A stretch of 64,000 nucleotides of DNA from an uncultured bacterium (lineage in GTDB: Bacteria; Bdellovibrionota_B; Oligoflexia; CAYFLR01). The translations under genes and the position numbers were made by a program. The notes under the pieces were generated by a model that made no database searches, was not told the origin of the DNA, and worked only from the letters and a program-made list of their open reading frames with translations. This document shows, in pieces, positions 10,279 through 20,043 of the stretch. How positions within the stretch are numbered: the first letter of the stretch is position 1; every line of letters begins with the position of its first letter. The stretch spans positions 1,851 to 65,850 of the forward strand of contig CAZJDM010000001.1 in the NCBI GenBank assembly GCA_964544765.1, written 5' to 3'.

Positions 10279-11517
10279 TTATCGTAAATTAAAACAATCA
10301 AACACTACTAAAGACAAGTGATCTGAAATATAGCTACCTTTATGGGCAATCATAATTCTTTGATTTTCAAAAGATAAATATCCCTTAATAACCCAGTCTT
10401 CAAATTTCTGGTTAGCTAAAAAATCGATTTCAAAAAAGGTATTTATTTTAATTAAATCAAGCCCTTTTCTAGTACGCAAAGCTGTAAAAACAAACTCCAA
10501 AACAGCTTCTTTTAGATCCCTTTTATCAAATTGATGAATATCTTTAAAAAGATTTTCTCTATCTCCATCAAAACAAGATTCTCCCCACCTTATATATTTA
10601 TTAACATTAGGAACGGTCCGATATCTTGATCCCACTTTATTATTTTTTGTGGTTAGAAAACTGGAGGCACTGGCTCCCAATCCAAGATAGTCATTATAGT
10701 GCCAATAATGTGAGTTATGTTTTGATTCAAATCCCTTAAAAGCATAGTTGGAAATTTCATACTGCTCGTATCCCAAGCTCGTCAATTGTTCATACAAATA
10801 ATGATAGAGTCTTCGCTCATCATCTTCTTTCATAGGTTTAATTGAGCCTTTTTTCACTCGATTACATAAACCGCCACTTTTGCCATACGTCAGACTATAA
10901 AATGAGACATGTTTAATAGGAAAGCTCCGGATTAATAGAATATCTTCTTTTATATCACTTTCTTCCTGACCCGGAATTCCATAAATAAAGTCCAGACTAA
11001 TATTTTCCAGGCTAATGTTTTCTAGAATCTTCAACGCATTCATTACCTGAACTTGACTTTGTTTTCTTCCTAAAATTTTTAACATCTTTTGGTTTCCACT
11101 TTGTACTCCCATACTTATTCTATTTATCCCCATCGCCTTGTATTCAACTGCCTTTTCATATGTTAGATCGGCTGGATTACATTCTATAGTAATCTCACAA
11201 TTTTTACTTACCTTCATTCTTTGATTAATAGCCTTTATGAAATTTTTAATTTGGCAAGCATCCAAAATTGATGGGGATCCACCTCCTAAATAAATCGTTG
11301 TGGGCGAAAATTCGACTCCATAATTTTTTATTACTGTATCTAACTCTATGTTTAATGCTTTCATATATTGATTAATCAAGTAGTCATCATGGTCCTTGTC
11401 CTTAATCACATAAAAATCACAATATAAACATTTTCTATAACAAAAAGGGAGATGTGCATAAACACCTCCAACTTTACCTTGACAAGGATTTGACGCTTTG
11501 ATATCTGATTTTACCAT
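10279..11517 (-). CDS. hemW: radical SAM HemW/HemN-like (oxygen-independent coproporphyrinogen oxidase family / heme chaperone)
   Basis: A CxxxCxxC-type radical SAM cluster motif (CYRKCLYCDFY) and the HemN C-terminal domain. Confidence 0.7.
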   Translation of the reverse strand: MVKSDIKASNPCQGKVGGVYAHLPFCYRKCLYCDFYVIKDKDHDDYLINQYMKALNIELDTVIKNYGVEFSPTTIYLGGGSPSILDACQIKNFIKAINQRMKVSKNCEITIECNPADLTYEKAVEYKAMGINRISMGVQSGNQKMLKILGRKQSQVQVMNALKILENISLENISLDFIYGIPGQEESDIKEDILLIRSFPIKHVSFYSLTYGKSGGLCNRVKKGSIKPMKEDDERRLYHYLYEQLTSLGYEQYEISNYAFKGFESKHNSHYWHYNDYLGLGASASSFLTTKNNKVGSRYRTVPNVNKYIRWGESCFDGDRENLFKDIHQFDKRDLKEAVLEFVFTALRTRKGLDLIKINTFFEIDFLANQKFEDWVIKGYLSFENQRIMIAHKGSYISDHLSLVVFDCFNLR

Positions 11518-11584
11518 TAACTGATTTTCCTTATTATTATTGGTAATTGGTTCTGTAAGATCGTCTATGGGCTAGGAGCTTATT

Positions 11585-11980
11585 TTGAATCCACTCAGTA
11601 ATAATCTTGATACGGACAACCTAAAGGATCTTATTACTAATCCGTGCTGTAAAAAATTAATTGAAAATCTTAGCTTAAACCAAATTTTTGAATTAAAACT
11701 ATTCTCCTTTCTTGACAAAATCCCAGAAGGTGTCTCCTTGGGGCTTTTTCCCCTAGTTGTCTCTATCGTTGAAAAAAGTATAATCCAAAACACACTGATT
11801 AAAACCAAAGGAAACCAAACTCAAGCAGCTGAAATCCTCGGAATTAACCGCAACACCCTGCGCAAGAAAATAGCAGAATTAAAATTAGATGTCTCGCTAA
11901 TAAAATCTAGAGCTAAAGAAGATAGCCGAAAAAAAATAAATATTGTGGAGCATAGTCCTTGGCCACCAGCACTCCCATGA
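11585..11980 (+). CDS. Fis-family DNA-binding protein (HTH_8)
   Basis: The C-terminal KGNQTQAAEILGINRNTLRKKI is a Fis/NtrC-type helix-turn-helix. The exact start is uncertain. Confidence 0.45.
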   Translation: MNPLSNNLDTDNLKDLITNPCCKKLIENLSLNQIFELKLFSFLDKIPEGVSLGLFPLVVSIVEKSIIQNTLIKTKGNQTQAAEILGINRNTLRKKIAELKLDVSLIKSRAKEDSRKKINIVEHSPWPPALP

Positions 11981-14661
11981 TGCAACAGTATAATGAGATT
12001 AAATCTCATTATACTGATACCATTCTATTTTTTCGTTTAGGTGATTTCTACGAGATGTTCAATGACGATGCTAAAAAAGCATCTGAAATCTTGGGAATTA
12101 CCCTCACTACTCGTAATAAAAACTCTCAAAATCCAACTCCTTTATGCGGAATACCATACCACTCAGCAGAACAATATTTAAAAAAATTAGTTAAACACGG
12201 CCTTAAGGTGGCAATTTGCGAGCAAACAGAGGATCCCAGCCAATCAAAGGGATTAGTTAAAAGAGAAGTAACTAATGTAATTACTCCTGGAATTATTTCT
12301 GACCCAGAATTTCTAGAAGGAAATGACAACAATTTCCTTTTAACAATTGGCATAGATGAATCTGATCAATTTATTCTTAGTTATGTAGATATCACTACCA
12401 GTCAACTCAACTTATGTTGGGTGAATAACTCGAAAGAATTAATTGATGAAATTTGTCGAATATCTCCTAAGGAAGTCGTTCCTATGGAGAATGTGCCCAG
12501 TAACATAGTAGATGGTTTAGAAAAGGACTCTAATCTAAAACATATCTTATTTTCTCAAAACAAGAGTTTTGATACTTTATCCTTAGAAGAAAAAACCAAG
12601 TTAATAAAAGTTCAATTTGGTGAAAAAATCCTTAAATACGATTCAAATGTTTGTTTACTAATCGGCTTTACTCTACACTATTTAATCTCTAACCAAAAAA
12701 GTGTATTAAATCACCTAAAAGAAATAAATGAACATAGAGTTTCTAACTACCTTGAGATGGATGAAGCTTCTCGAAGAAATCTAGAGATTATTCATAATAA
12801 CTCAACAATGGAAAAAAGGGGATCTTTACTATCAATACTGGATCAAACCTCAACTCCAATGGGAGGAAGGTTATTAAAACAATGGATCTTATATCCTTTG
12901 AAATCAGCTAAGTTAATCCAAGAAAGACATGAAGTAGTCAATGAGTTTTACTCTTTCCCGCCTATTCAGAATGAACTACTCAAGCTCCTAAAACAAATAG
13001 CTGATTTAGAGAGACTCAACGCCAAAATATCTTTAAAAACAGCTAACCCACGTGACCTTATTCGATTAAAAGACTCACTACTTCTTATTCCAGAGATAAA
13101 ACAATTGTTAAATAATTTATCTCATCCATCACTTAGCCAAATACTAAACCAACTTACTCCCTTGAATCCCGCTAAAGAATTGTTAGAAAAGGCTATAGTT
13201 GATGACCCCATGATTGGTTTTAATCATGGGGAATATATTAGAGAAAATTACCACCCAGAATTAGATAAATTACGAAAATTAAAAAAGGACGCTAAAGAAA
13301 TCATCGCCCGATTGGAACAAAAGGAGAGAGAAAATACAGGTATTCCCACCCTCAAGATTAGATTTAATAATGTTTTTGGATACTATATTGAAGTAAGCAA
13401 AAACAAATCTCATTTAGCTCCCAGCCATTATATTCGTAAGCAAACTCTTACTAATGCTGAAAGGTTTTTTACCCCAGAATTAAAAGAAATTGAGGAGCAG
13501 GTATTATCGGCCGAGGATAAAATACAAAATCTGGAAACCGAACTCTTCCAAAAAGTAATAAGTAGCCTACAAAATTATTCAGATCAATTAATAGAAAACT
13601 CTTCCATATTAGCAACTATTGATGTTTACCATAACTTTGCATCTATCGCCGCCAAATGGGGTTACGTTAAGCCCGAAATGAATCAAAAAGGAAATATAGA
13701 GATAATAGAAGGCAGGCATCCAGTAATTGAGCAAATTTTAAAAGACTCTCAAGATGAAACATTTGTTCCCAATGATGTCTATATAGACCAACAGAAAGAA
13801 CGGATATTACTTATCACCGGGCCTAATATGGCTGGTAAATCTACTATTATGCGACAAGTAGCTTTGATCTCTCTTTTATCTCAAATCGGAAGTTTCGTCC
13901 CAGCAAAGAATGCTGATTTATGTGTTGTAGATAAAATATTCACACGAGTTGGAGCGTCCGATAACCTAACACAGGGACATTCTACGTTCATGGTAGAAAT
14001 GTTGGAAACCGCTAATATATTAAAATCCGCTACCCAAGATAGTCTTATTCTATTAGATGAAATCGGGCGAGGTACTAGTACCTTTGATGGTGTATCTATT
14101 GCATGGGCCGTTTTAGAGAACTTGCACAATAATATCCGGGCAAAAACATTATTTGCCACCCATTATCACGAATTAACATCTTTGACTAAACAATTAACTA
14201 CGACTCATAACTATCAAGTCTTGGTCGAGGAAAAACAAGGAAAAATAAAATTCTTAAGAAAATTAACTAAAGGAGCGGTTAAAAAAAGTTATGGTATTCA
14301 AGTAGCCAAGCTAGCGGGAATTCCTGACTCAGTTATTCAAAGGGCTTTCAAGGTTTTAACTGACCTAGAAAAACAAAACTCATTGGGTATTAACCAGAAT
14401 GATACTATCAATCAATCCCCATCTATACCAATCTCAAAACCCTTTATTGGGTCAACAGATAAACAACTCAACAAATCAATTACCGAACAAACCAGTTTAT
14501 TTTCTGAACCAACCAACAGTGAGAATCAAACTAAAACGTCGAATCAAAATGAACACATGCTCACAATTGCAAAAAAGATTGCTAATTATCCTCTGAATAA
14601 AAAAACACCTCTAGAAGCCATGAATTTCATAGCAAAACTAAAAAAAGAATTGAATAATTAG
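11959..14661 (+). CDS. mutS: DNA mismatch repair protein MutS
   Basis: N-terminal TPMMQQY mismatch-binding motif and Walker A GPNMAGKST. 900 aa. The true start is possibly at the MMQQY methionines. Confidence 0.9.
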   Translation: MATSTPMMQQYNEIKSHYTDTILFFRLGDFYEMFNDDAKKASEILGITLTTRNKNSQNPTPLCGIPYHSAEQYLKKLVKHGLKVAICEQTEDPSQSKGLVKREVTNVITPGIISDPEFLEGNDNNFLLTIGIDESDQFILSYVDITTSQLNLCWVNNSKELIDEICRISPKEVVPMENVPSNIVDGLEKDSNLKHILFSQNKSFDTLSLEEKTKLIKVQFGEKILKYDSNVCLLIGFTLHYLISNQKSVLNHLKEINEHRVSNYLEMDEASRRNLEIIHNNSTMEKRGSLLSILDQTSTPMGGRLLKQWILYPLKSAKLIQERHEVVNEFYSFPPIQNELLKLLKQIADLERLNAKISLKTANPRDLIRLKDSLLLIPEIKQLLNNLSHPSLSQILNQLTPLNPAKELLEKAIVDDPMIGFNHGEYIRENYHPELDKLRKLKKDAKEIIARLEQKERENTGIPTLKIRFNNVFGYYIEVSKNKSHLAPSHYIRKQTLTNAERFFTPELKEIEEQVLSAEDKIQNLETELFQKVISSLQNYSDQLIENSSILATIDVYHNFASIAAKWGYVKPEMNQKGNIEIIEGRHPVIEQILKDSQDETFVPNDVYIDQQKERILLITGPNMAGKSTIMRQVALISLLSQIGSFVPAKNADLCVVDKIFTRVGASDNLTQGHSTFMVEMLETANILKSATQDSLILLDEIGRGTSTFDGVSIAWAVLENLHNNIRAKTLFATHYHELTSLTKQLTTTHNYQVLVEEKQGKIKFLRKLTKGAVKKSYGIQVAKLAGIPDSVIQRAFKVLTDLEKQNSLGINQNDTINQSPSIPISKPFIGSTDKQLNKSITEQTSLFSEPTNSENQTKTSNQNEHMLTIAKKIANYPLNKKTPLEAMNFIAKLKKELNN

Positions 14662-14696
14662 ATTACGCAGAAATTGGCTTGTTCAGCGCAATCTAA

Positions 14697-15845
14697 TTAG
14701 CGAACCTGTGGTCGCAACAAACTTCTGACTTCTATCATGGTTAGAGTTGGATTATAGTCTGGGGATAAAGTAAATATTAGAGGTGCGTTATTAGAGTTAA
14801 CATTTTCTGCCGCTTCTTTGGCAGCTTTAGTCACCGCTGTTTCATCTAAGTTATCGAGAGCCTCGGAAACCTGATCTGGAACATTTTTTCCATAAAGATC
14901 CTTTACTTTGCTCTCCATCATCGAATGTAATTGATCCTTTACAAAACCCCCGCCACCTTCACCCAAGGTTCCTGATACTTGGGATCTTTTCGAATTAATG
15001 TCTTCTATAATTTCACTAATAGGATCAATTACCTTATCTGGAACTCCGGCTGTTTTAAAGGAATCTACACTACTTTGTAAATCCTTGGTAAATTGATCCA
15101 AGATCCAATCAATTAAAAAGGTATTTAATAATTTTGCCAAATTATCAATGGTTGTAGCTACTTCACTAATTCTCTGTTCGTTATTAAGACTCTTATTATC
15201 CTCTTTTTTCAATTTTTCCATTTTAGCCATCGCTTCCATGGCATCTATCTCCCCATTACTATCCTTGTCAAAAAACACAGCAAAGAAAATCAGGGCACGA
15301 ATTAGGTAATTAACTCCTTTAATAATATTAACTCGTACTTTAGCATAATTAACATTATTAAATTCATTTAATAAATTTTCGGACATTCCCAAATTAATTA
15401 GAGCCAATACTTCTTTCTCATTATCCTTTATGAAGACTGCCAGGGAATCAATTTCACCATTTTCAATTTTACTAATAGTCTCACTAGAAACATTGACCGA
15501 CCCCTTTACAACGGTTGATAATTGAATTAAAGGATTTGATGACCCTTCCCCACTGGACTCATCCATACCGGAAAAAACATCCACTAATTTCTCCAATAAT
15601 TCAAAGATATCATTTCCACCTTGAGCACTTTGAGTATTAGCTAAGTTCAACTTGGCCAAAAGGTTGTTAGGGTTTTGTTCATACACATCATTAAACAATT
15701 TTGCTGCTTCGTCAAATTCTCCCTGGTCAAACAAATTTCTACCATCATACATTCGAATATCTTCTGCTTCATCTGCGTCAGAACAACTAATGATATAAGC
15801 GATTGCTATTAAAATCGAAATAAATAAAAATGAATTCTTTTTCAT
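14697..15845 (-). CDS. lipoprotein with a canonical EF-hand calcium-binding loop
   Basis: Lipobox ...IISCSDADE after the signal peptide. The loop DKDSNGEIDAMEAM fits D-x-D-x-N-G-x-I-D-x-x-E exactly. Confidence 0.5.
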   Translation of the reverse strand: MKKNSFLFISILIAIAYIISCSDADEAEDIRMYDGRNLFDQGEFDEAAKLFNDVYEQNPNNLLAKLNLANTQSAQGGNDIFELLEKLVDVFSGMDESSGEGSSNPLIQLSTVVKGSVNVSSETISKIENGEIDSLAVFIKDNEKEVLALINLGMSENLLNEFNNVNYAKVRVNIIKGVNYLIRALIFFAVFFDKDSNGEIDAMEAMAKMEKLKKEDNKSLNNEQRISEVATTIDNLAKLLNTFLIDWILDQFTKDLQSSVDSFKTAGVPDKVIDPISEIIEDINSKRSQVSGTLGEGGGGFVKDQLHSMMESKVKDLYGKNVPDQVSEALDNLDETAVTKAAKEAAENVNSNNAPLIFTLSPDYNPTLTMIEVRSLLRPQVR

Positions 15846-16107
15846 AGATCCTTTATCCTCCTGTAAAGTAAAAATTTGCTAAAGTTACGTTTTTCGTAAT
15901 AGTAATTTGAAGCTGTTTTATTTAGTATAATGAAAAAATCAGAAAAATAAAACCTACAATAATACAAGGTTTTTAAGTCTTTAATAAATGACGGTTTTTA
16001 ATATCTCTTACAAAAGCTCAAAAATCTAAATCGCTATCACTTGGACTTCAGGAAGATCTGGCTTTTTTATCATATTTACAGTAGTATTAATAAAAGCATT
16101 ATTAAAA

Positions 16108-17238
16108 ATGGCCTATAAACAATTTTTCTATTTTGCAAAAAGGAGAAATTTTTCCATGGAACTCAACAATAACAAGAATGCTGAAGATAACTCCACTGTT
16201 TTACCTAAGATTAATGTAATTATACCAGTATATAATGGAGAGCATACTATACTAAAGACATTAGAGTCGGTCTTCTCTCAAAATTATGATAATTTTGATG
16301 TTACAGTTATCGACGATTCTTCTAATGATCGATCCGTTCAGGTTATTCAAGACTCATCTTTTATTGAAAAAATTACTTTTATTCAAAACACTACTAACCT
16401 TGGGATATCTAAGACTTATAACCTTGGGGTATCAAAAACAGACGGAGAGTTCTTTTGTTTTCTCCATCACGACTGTTATTTGATAGATCCTGACTATCTG
16501 TCTAAAGGAACTAAAGTTCTCGAAGACTTAAAAATAGGAGCCGTTACCGGAAAACCTACTATTCCTTCCATCTCCAAATTATCCCTAGCTGAGAAATTAT
16601 ATACTGTTTTAAATTTTATGGATATTCTTCCTGTAAAAGAACCTAAAGTTGAGCCAGTCACCTTTGCTGAATTTAAAGCCGATTTAATACGTCGTGAAAC
16701 TTTGCAAAGCATTGGTAATTTCCCTGAATTGCAAGAAGTATCTCATTCAGGAGAAGATCAAGATATTTCATCCAAGCTTCGTGATAAAAATTTGACAGTT
16801 GTTCAACATAACGATATGTCTTTTGGCCTAAACTATGGTGGTAATCAAGACTCATTTTTGAAACTTTTTTATAAACAAGCGGTTTTAGCCAAATCCCAAG
16901 CTTTTATTATTTTAACCCACAAACAAAACACTGTTCAAAACTTGACACCCAATCGTAAATTAAGGGCCTTTCATCGTAGCTATCAGATTGGTTTTAGTGC
17001 ATTGATCTTAGTATTATTGATTATCTTTTTAGGAATTTATGTCAAAAACCTATTATTAACCATTTTAGTGGCTTTATTAGGGTTCAGGTTCTGCTTTTAT
17101 GTGTTCTATACTATTCAATACGGGCTATCGGGTTATGCCTTATTCTTTCCGTTGGTAGGTTTCTTTTGTGATCTGACGTACGGGATAAGTTTTTTCTATG
17201 GACTTCTAAATGGAATAATTAAAGGAAAACTCAAGTAG
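16108..17238 (+). CDS. family 2 glycosyltransferase with a C-terminal membrane domain
   Basis: VIIPVYNGEHTILKTLESVFSQNYDNFDVTVIDDSSND is the GT2 (GT-A) signature. The C-terminal ~110 aa are hydrophobic helices. Confidence 0.6.
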   Translation: MAYKQFFYFAKRRNFSMELNNNKNAEDNSTVLPKINVIIPVYNGEHTILKTLESVFSQNYDNFDVTVIDDSSNDRSVQVIQDSSFIEKITFIQNTTNLGISKTYNLGVSKTDGEFFCFLHHDCYLIDPDYLSKGTKVLEDLKIGAVTGKPTIPSISKLSLAEKLYTVLNFMDILPVKEPKVEPVTFAEFKADLIRRETLQSIGNFPELQEVSHSGEDQDISSKLRDKNLTVVQHNDMSFGLNYGGNQDSFLKLFYKQAVLAKSQAFIILTHKQNTVQNLTPNRKLRAFHRSYQIGFSALILVLLIIFLGIYVKNLLLTILVALLGFRFCFYVFYTIQYGLSGYALFFPLVGFFCDLTYGISFFYGLLNGIIKGKLK

Positions 17239-17253
17239 AAACAAGCAATTGTT

Positions 17254-19668
17254 TTAGTATAAATTTTCCCGCCTAGCTCTAACTATAAATGGTATACTCA
17301 ACAATAGTATCATCATTAACAACGATCCTTTATCAGCAGAATTACTCTCCTGAATTGAGCAACTTCCACTATCTGGAGCTTTGCGATTAGCGCTGGTTGG
17401 TGGCTTTGCGGTTACTTTCTTACGGAAAGGTTTATTACTATCACGTAGGCTTTTTGCTTGACGACCTTGTTTTTTAATTCTACTTTGCATTGCTTCTACG
17501 GAACTTCCTGCCGGAACACCTAAAGGATTCCCCTTCTTGCCCCCCTTAGTTCCAGCGACCATATCTCTTGACCTATCTTGGACTAACTTAGGATTTCGTT
17601 TAGGAGCCTTACTTCCTGTTGAGATTCCTCCATTTGCTGAAGTCGAGCTTGAAGCTGAAGAAGTACCTGCACCTGCTTTAGTACCTGCACCTGCTTTAGT
17701 ACCTGCACCTGCTTTAGTACCTGCACCTGCCTTAGTACCTGTGCCTGCCTTAGTACCTGCTCCTGTTCCAGCACCAATTGATCCTGTATTATACTGACTA
17801 TCATAAGTCTTTATCTGTCTCTGAGCTTTTGAACCAATAGTATTAGCTTTACACTTTTGTACAGTCTCTGAATCCCATCCAGGTTGTTTAACACATGGAG
17901 TCAGGGCTACACACTGAAAGGAGAAATTACTACTTGCACTAGGTAAATTAATATCAGGGCAATATTTTTTCTGAATACGACTAACCCCACAAACCGAAGG
18001 AATATTTAACCTTTTCCAAAGGTTGCATTGATACCTAGCTATTTCCTGGGCTATCGCACTTTTTTCTGCCGCTTCTAATGAGGTAAGCACTACTTCTAAA
18101 GCATAATCCGCAAACACCAAAAGGTGTTGTTCGTTTTCCATCAAATTAAACCCCAATCCCATAATGGCACCATCGGTAGTACTGTCTAGTTTTGCAAAAA
18201 GAGAGCCTTTGGCTTGATTACTTCCAGGAATCTGCCTGGAATCATAACCCCCTGTATCTGGGGCAATTGGAATTAAGGCCTTAGCGTCTAAATTATCTTG
18301 ATGGTATATTATAACATTATCCACTAAAGCATTTTGACTATCATGTGAAACATATTTGGCAATATAACCTAATACATACGGTTGAGGTAAGTTGGTTATC
18401 ATTGGAATTAAGGCAACCGGTCCAAATGAAGGCCTGGTTGTTTGCTGTCTGCTATCTAGTAGTATTGCCATTGATTGAAAATTAGGCATCTCTCTTAAAG
18501 TCCAACCAGATGGATCATTTTCACTAAAGATCCCACTAAGTATTGATTTAATTCCCAGTTCCGTAAATCCAACACCTTCTTTAAATACTCCCCTAAGTTT
18601 TTTGCCTTCATAGTTTTCACCTTGTACCTTTGGAGCTAACTCATCTGACATGTTATCAAATATATCTTTAACTTCTTTGGACAATTTTCGATGAATGATA
18701 TATTTATCAGTTAAAAAATAGGATATTTGAGAAAAAGCGGTATAATAATCTTCCAAATCCAATTCTCCAGAAGCAGTTGAAGTACCAGAAGCAGTTGAAG
18801 TACCAGAAGCAGTTGAAGTACCAGAAGCAGTTGGAATACCAGAAGTAGCTGAAACATCAGAAGTAGCTGGAACATTGGTCGAAACCAAATTAGCTTCGGC
18901 TAATGTCCTAATTTGATTGGAATTCACTAAGGCACTAACAGTCGGCCCACTATCACTCTCAATGGCCTCACCCCAAGATGGATAGAGCTCAAAAGGATCA
19001 TTGCCATATAGGTCACCGGATGACGACTGATCTGTTGAATCGTCTGCTGGTTCTTCTGATTCATCTGAATCACTCTCATTACGACCTTCATCACCACCAA
19101 TAGTACTTTCAGAAACATTTGAATCTGAATCCACAGCAAGTGTATTACTATCGTTAACTGAGGCTTGATCGGTTGACTCAATAGCCCACTGATCTACGAA
19201 AGCTATTAAATCTCGATCTTCTATTTGTGCCATAAAAGCTTCTGGATGCTCTCCCACGGTTCCAGAAGTAATATGACCTTCTGCTTTCTCTTTGGCCCAT
19301 AAATAATGCCGGCATACCAAACCGAAATCACCGGTTATTTGATCCTCACCACAACTAACATCCCAAGTCCTCAAGTACCTTATGCAATTTTCACTGCTTA
19401 ATTTTGTTGTATCATTTTCATTAGTACCACAAAAAAGAGCCAAGCCATCAAGATATGCCTGTAATGCTTTTTTCTCCGCCTCAACAAGGGGTTCTCTTGA
19501 AACCACCCAGTTTAAGAAAAGCAAGCCTTTTCTAGCTGATGGTTTATCTGATAGACTTCTAGCACTCGAATCTAAGAATTTTACTTGTGATGTCCCAAGT
19601 CTACATCCCGACACTACCAAAAGACCAGATAATATAAATAATAAACTTATTAATTGTAATATACGCAT
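17254..19668 (-). CDS. large repeat-containing surface lipoprotein
   Basis: Signal peptide plus lipobox LLVVSGC. Acidic S/D/E-rich region. Tandem GTSTAS and KAGAGT hexapeptide repeats. The C-terminal tail CS..KGSLLMMILLLSIPFIVRARREN is a hydrophobic helix followed by basic residues. Confidence 0.55.
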   Translation of the reverse strand: MRILQLISLLFILSGLLVVSGCRLGTSQVKFLDSSARSLSDKPSARKGLLFLNWVVSREPLVEAEKKALQAYLDGLALFCGTNENDTTKLSSENCIRYLRTWDVSCGEDQITGDFGLVCRHYLWAKEKAEGHITSGTVGEHPEAFMAQIEDRDLIAFVDQWAIESTDQASVNDSNTLAVDSDSNVSESTIGGDEGRNESDSDESEEPADDSTDQSSSGDLYGNDPFELYPSWGEAIESDSGPTVSALVNSNQIRTLAEANLVSTNVPATSDVSATSGIPTASGTSTASGTSTASGTSTASGELDLEDYYTAFSQISYFLTDKYIIHRKLSKEVKDIFDNMSDELAPKVQGENYEGKKLRGVFKEGVGFTELGIKSILSGIFSENDPSGWTLREMPNFQSMAILLDSRQQTTRPSFGPVALIPMITNLPQPYVLGYIAKYVSHDSQNALVDNVIIYHQDNLDAKALIPIAPDTGGYDSRQIPGSNQAKGSLFAKLDSTTDGAIMGLGFNLMENEQHLLVFADYALEVVLTSLEAAEKSAIAQEIARYQCNLWKRLNIPSVCGVSRIQKKYCPDINLPSASSNFSFQCVALTPCVKQPGWDSETVQKCKANTIGSKAQRQIKTYDSQYNTGSIGAGTGAGTKAGTGTKAGAGTKAGAGTKAGAGTKAGAGTSSASSSTSANGGISTGSKAPKRNPKLVQDRSRDMVAGTKGGKKGNPLGVPAGSSVEAMQSRIKKQGRQAKSLRDSNKPFRKKVTAKPPTSANRKAPDSGSCSIQESNSADKGSLLMMILLLSIPFIVRARRENLY
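17663..17770. repeat. 18-bp tandem repeat (unit gtacctgcacctgcttta), about 5.5 copies, in-frame within the lipoprotein gene
   Basis: Three perfect copies are followed by progressively degenerate copies. Encodes (KAGAGT)n on the minus strand. Confidence 0.8.
18767..18874. repeat. 18-bp tandem repeat (unit ccagaagcagttgaagta), 3 perfect plus about 3 degenerate copies, in-frame within the same gene
   Basis: Encodes (GTSTAS)n on the minus strand. Confidence 0.8.
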
Positions 19669-19691
19669 ACCCCATCCCCTATAACGGGTGA

Positions 19692-20030
19692 TTACTTAAG
19701 TTTTTATCGGCCAATTTACAAAAACCCATTAATTTTTCCATATTTATTATTTATTTCAATGGGTTACTCAAAAGGAATCTTACTCACTCGATTGTAGTCG
19801 AAATAAGAATTTACGAACTTAAAGATCTCAAATATCCCAATGATGTTAAATATTCATTAGTATGTGTTAATAAAAAAACTGGCAAAAAAGTACTTTTTGA
19901 TAATCATCATCCCAAAGGCCATCATTTCCATATTGATGACAAGGAGTACGGCTATATTTTCAGCAATATTGATAATCTTATAGAAGATTTTAAAACGAGA
20001 ATAACAGAGCACTTTAATATAAAATTTTAA
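19692..20030 (+). other. 112-codon open frame with no in-frame ATG/GTG/TTG; His-rich small protein (HHPKGHHFH). Possible non-canonical start or pseudogene.
   Basis: Stop-to-stop frame ending TAA at 20028-20030. Translates ...VVEIRIYELKDLKYPNDVKYSLVCVNKKTGKKVLFDNHHPKGHHFHIDDKEYGYIFSNIDNLIEDFKTRITEHFNIKF. It is 13 nt upstream of the wHTH gene. Confidence 0.25.
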
Positions 20031-20043
20031 CAAGGGATATATT

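Noticed and set aside
17537-17804. ORF-track entries 17537..17797 (+) and 17583..17804 (-) with striking PAPALV / QVQVLKQ repeats
   Set aside because: They are alternative-frame readings of the 18-bp tandem repeat inside the 804-aa lipoprotein gene. They are not independent genes.
17663-18874. Possible CRISPR array suggested by regularly spaced direct repeats
   Set aside because: The repeats are contiguous, with no unique spacers, and are in-frame coding repeats of 18 bp. There are no cas genes. This is not a CRISPR.
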